Shown: positions 30,979 through 34,078 of the stretch, piece after piece
Layout: the number at the start of each line of letters is the position of its first letter
Numbering within the stretch: the first letter of the stretch is position 1
Source: Stramenopiles sp. TOSAG23-3
Taxonomy: Eukaryota
Reading direction: 5' to 3'
DNA: 34,078 bases
NCBI GenBank assembly: GCA_900128585.1
Contig: LT642205.1
Location: forward strand, 1 to 34,078
Notes under the pieces: generated by a model
Databases searched by the model: none
What the model was told of the DNA's origin: nothing
Seen by the model: only the letters and a program-made list of their open reading frames with translations
Made by a program: the position numbers and the translations under genes

Positions 30979-32142
30979 ATGGCGAGTGCAACTGTTGGGA
31001 AACCGCACTCGTATAAGAAGTTGCGGAAGCGCCGGGAAAAAAATGTGACAAAAGACCGCATAAGGCTTGAGAAGTATGCAAGTGCGGCAATGACGCTGAA
31101 CGATGGTGTGGCAAGAACCCGTTGTGCCGCTCCTATGGACCGCCTTGCCGCCTACGCCGCGGTGTCCGGTTTCCAATTTCTGAAAAGCAAACTCCTTCGA
31201 GAATATCCCCAATATTGTGCCAATAATTCAAAGCTTGGAGTGGAAAACGATAAAAAATTGGTAAAATTCTTTTCGCAGATATCTCTGTTCGACGTGAAAG
31301 AGGCAGAGGTTTCGATGGCAGCAGACGCTTACGTGTTTGATAAGTTTGAGTCCCGGGCCGAAAGCATGTTTTTGTTTTTGTGTTACGCGCTTGTTGACAC
31401 AGACCGGCGCGAAGCGATCAAGGTTGCAGCCCCCAAGTTTGTCAACTTTACGTCAAAAGCAATGGCTCTGAAAACGCAGAGTTACGAAGAAAATTTTTAC
31501 GACAAAAAATCCATCAAAGTTGCTTCGGTCGGTGGTGCCTGCGGGAACGATTTGTTTGGCGCAATTCTGTTTCTCTCTTCCTTCGCTCCAAATCTACGTG
31601 CGATCCAGGCCTGCTCGTTTGATTTTAGCATGGCATGGCAAAAGCCTTGCCACCTGATCAATGGCATTGTTCAATCACCTGAGGGGGCAAGATCGTTACG
31701 TAGTATTTCCAAAGATCTCACGCGCCTCTTTATTCCAGAACAAGAAGTTAAAGCTTCAATAGAAGCGTGCGAAAAGCGAATCAGTTTGGACTTCGCGCAA
31801 TGCAATTTAAAAATGAAAGTGTGCGGGGAAGTCAATGAACGTTTACTTAATTGTGCAGAGACCTTTGGTATGTTCCTCTTTTCGTATGTTGTGTATGAGA
31901 GCAATGCGTGCAAGTATGAGCTGCTACCAGAACTGCTGAGGCGTAGCAAACCGTCCAGTATCTTCATTTTCTTGGATTTGCACCGACAGACTATAGATGA
32001 GATTTCCCAACTTATTTCGGGGTTAAGTCCCTGCAAGAAGGCTAATGAAGCAGTGTTCGGATCAAATGGTTTCGAGATTATCCGGTGTCTCTCCTCAAGT
32101 GTCTACCCTTTTAAAGGCTTAATAGCGTATAAAACAGGGTAA
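30979..32142 (+). CDS. Putative class I SAM-dependent methyltransferase-like protein
   Basis: First ATG at 30979. IKVASVGGACGNDL (motif I-like), SFDFS..W, MFLFSYVVYE and IFIFLD follow the order of a Rossmann MTase core. Substrate unknown. Confidence 0.65.
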   Translation: MASATVGKPHSYKKLRKRREKNVTKDRIRLEKYASAAMTLNDGVARTRCAAPMDRLAAYAAVSGFQFLKSKLLREYPQYCANNSKLGVENDKKLVKFFSQISLFDVKEAEVSMAADAYVFDKFESRAESMFLFLCYALVDTDRREAIKVAAPKFVNFTSKAMALKTQSYEENFYDKKSIKVASVGGACGNDLFGAILFLSSFAPNLRAIQACSFDFSMAWQKPCHLINGIVQSPEGARSLRSISKDLTRLFIPEQEVKASIEACEKRISLDFAQCNLKMKVCGEVNERLLNCAETFGMFLFSYVVYESNACKYELLPELLRRSKPSSIFIFLDLHRQTIDEISQLISGLSPCKKANEAVFGSNGFEIIRCLSSSVYPFKGLIAYKTG

Positions 32143-32215
32143 GGTGCAAAATGATTCGAGTTTTTTTTGACGACCGATTATATTTTATATTATTATAATT
32201 TAATTATTACTTAAA

Positions 32216-32229
32216 NNNNNNNNNNNNNN
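32216..32229. other. Assembly gap (14 N)
   Basis: Run of N in the sequence. Confidence 1.
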
Positions 32230-32555
32230 ATTTGGATATCTTGAGTTGGTAAGGAGGTATTATATATAGGTATAATACCAGGTATAAAACCTGGTATTGT
32301 ACTACTACAACAACAAGACACGACAATTATTATTATATTGTGCACAACGTCACAGCATAGCGGCATTATTAAAAAAATAAGAATTATTCTTCAACAACAA
32401 TCCACCGGGACGTGGTCCACCTCTTCTTCGCACGAGCAAGTTTTCTCGCGATGGAACTGAACGAAAGCGATTAAGGCGGCAAAGTATTTCTGAAATATTT
32501 TTTTTCTCTAAGTTTTGCTTGTTAGGGCGTTTCTGCCAACCGATTGATTTCAAAC

Positions 32556-33729
32556 ATGATGCAGGCCGTTCAATGCGTTAGGTATGCTTCGGCCGCCCGG
32601 GATGCTGTTGAAATTCGGCAAGTTCCTAGCCTTAAGCACAAGCGCCCTCGGAAAGGGATGGTTTTGGTTGAAGTTCTTGCGTGCGGTGTCGATTTTGTGC
32701 AAACATTGCTTATGCAAAATAAATATCAAATGAAGTTGCCGTTACCGTTTACATTGGGCGGGGAAGCAACGGGAGTGGTCATAGCGATCGGCCCTCAGGT
32801 TAGAGATATAAATGTCGGAGATTTGGTAAGTACACGATGCACGACCAATACACTTCTCACTAACACCACACACGCGTTAAGGCGCAGAAGTATAAATCAC
32901 TAACTCTCAATTTTTTTATTCGAAACAGGTTACTGGTGGTGGTTTCGGTTGTTTTACGGAATATTTAGAGCTCTCGGCAAATGGATTGGTCAAATTAGAC
33001 GGGCAACATAATTCAAATGCTTCAGCGACTGACCCAGCGAACGTACCGTCCCTCTATTCCTACCTGACGTCCCTGCACGCTTTAAAGTACAGGGCAAATC
33101 TCCAGAAGGGAGAAACGTTGCTCGTCCTGGGCGCCAGTGGGGGTGTTGGGTCTACAGCGATTCAAATCGGAAAGAATCTGGGGGCAACGATCATCGCTGC
33201 TGCTAGCACGGAAGAAAAATGCGAAACATGCAAGCGCTTAGGTGCGGATTATACGATCAATTACGATAAGGAAAATTTAAAACTAAGAGTGAGGGAAATA
33301 ACCAAACAAAAGAACGGCGTAAACGTTGTATTCGATCCAGTCGGCGATCGTTATTGTGATCCTGCAGTGAGATCGTTGGCGTGGCATGGACGGTACGTTG
33401 TCATTGGGTTTGCGGCGGGGACGATTCCGAGGGTTGCGGTTAACCTTTTACTGTTGAAGGAAGCGTCTATTTTAGGATCTGCGCTACGCGAGAGTGGAAT
33501 GCACGACCCAACTGGGTCGAAACGAGAACGCGAGGAGCTTCTTCAGATGTTCCATGACGGAAAGATTGTACCTTTTGTATCCACCGTTTTACCTTTAGAA
33601 AAAGCTGCAGATGCATTGACATTATTTCAAGATAGAAAAGTGCGGGGTAAAGTCGTTTTGGTCACCAGAGCATACGAAGAAAAGTATGGAAGGCCGTGGA
33701 AAGGCATAGTGAGGAGGGGTAAACTTTGA
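32556..33729 (+). CDS. NADPH:quinone oxidoreductase / zeta-crystallin-like MDR family protein; exons 32556-32825 and 32929-33729
   Basis: GroES-like N-terminal part (VLVEVLACGVDF, PLPFTLGGEATGVV) joins in frame across the intron (NVGDL|VTGGGFG) to the Rossmann part LVLGASGGVG, FDPVG, VIGFAAG, GKVVL. No catalytic Zn Cys/His set seen. Confidence 0.92.
32826..32928 (+). other. Spliceosomal GT-AG intron (103 nt, phase 0)
   Basis: 5' GTAAGT, branch-point CACTAAC at 32898-32904, T-tract, 3' ACAG. Removal restores the reading frame. Confidence 0.92.
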
Positions 33730-33948
33730 TTAAGTTAAGAGAGATTTACACCGGCAAAATTTATCACACACACCGTAAATAAAAGAAGAGGGGGGCACCG
33801 GTACGGCACCTGTACCAGGAACGAACCGGCGGTCCAAGGTTTGCGAGTGTTTCCCCTATTTAATTTAATTTAAAAGATCGAATTTTTTAAATTAATTTTG
33901 AGCATACTACAAACAGTATACTAATGACATTCCATTCGGCTTAACATT

Positions 33949-33976
33949 AAAAACAAGAAAATTGGCTGCTATTTAA
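33949..33976 (+). repeat. Dispersed 3'-spacer element, core copy
   Basis: AAAAACAAGAAAATTGGCTGCTATTTAA, one mismatch to the 25696 copy. Confidence 0.88.
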
Positions 33977-34078
33977 AGAACTTTCCACACAGTGTGTGTT
34001 TTTATTAAAAATAAAAACCTCGTAACTTTGCTCTTGTCTGCTGCTCAGAACGGCACCGTGCTAACACTTACAGTATCC

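Noticed and set aside
1-34078. tRNA, rRNA, snRNA or transposase/RT genes
   Set aside because: None recognisable by eye; a covariance-model scan would be needed to exclude small RNAs in the spacers.

Overview
Eukaryotic genomic window. It is gene-dense and almost intron-free, with coding regions of roughly 50-67% GC separated by very AT-rich spacers. The protein set looks protist-like, possibly stramenopile (inference only). I call 14 protein-coding genes. In order: a 3'-truncated repetitive basic protein missed by the ORF track (790->1, minus), an AlkA/HhH-GPD glycosylase, a G-protein alpha subunit, proteasome Rpt1, a coiled-coil protein, fucokinase/fucose-1-P guanylyltransferase, a Vti1 SNARE, a GYF_2 + duplicated beta-rich-domain protein (split by a frameshift near a G13 run), a large receptor-like RING-H2 protein, a Zn-finger unknown, a secreted SAM-methyltransferase + TPR protein, FGAM synthase (frameshifted and apparently missing about 40 bp of conserved sequence), a second SAM-methyltransferase-like protein, and a one-intron quinone oxidoreductase. 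The strongest unexplained non-coding signal is a dispersed ~28-55 bp element (AAAACAAGAAAATTGGCTGTTATTTAAGTA...TTTAGCTTCCTCATA). It has about 10 copies, all in spacers containing a gene 3' end, often as inverted pairs. One copy sits between 14-bp direct repeats inside a second repeat whose empty version is also in the window. All calls come from reading motifs; no database searches were run.
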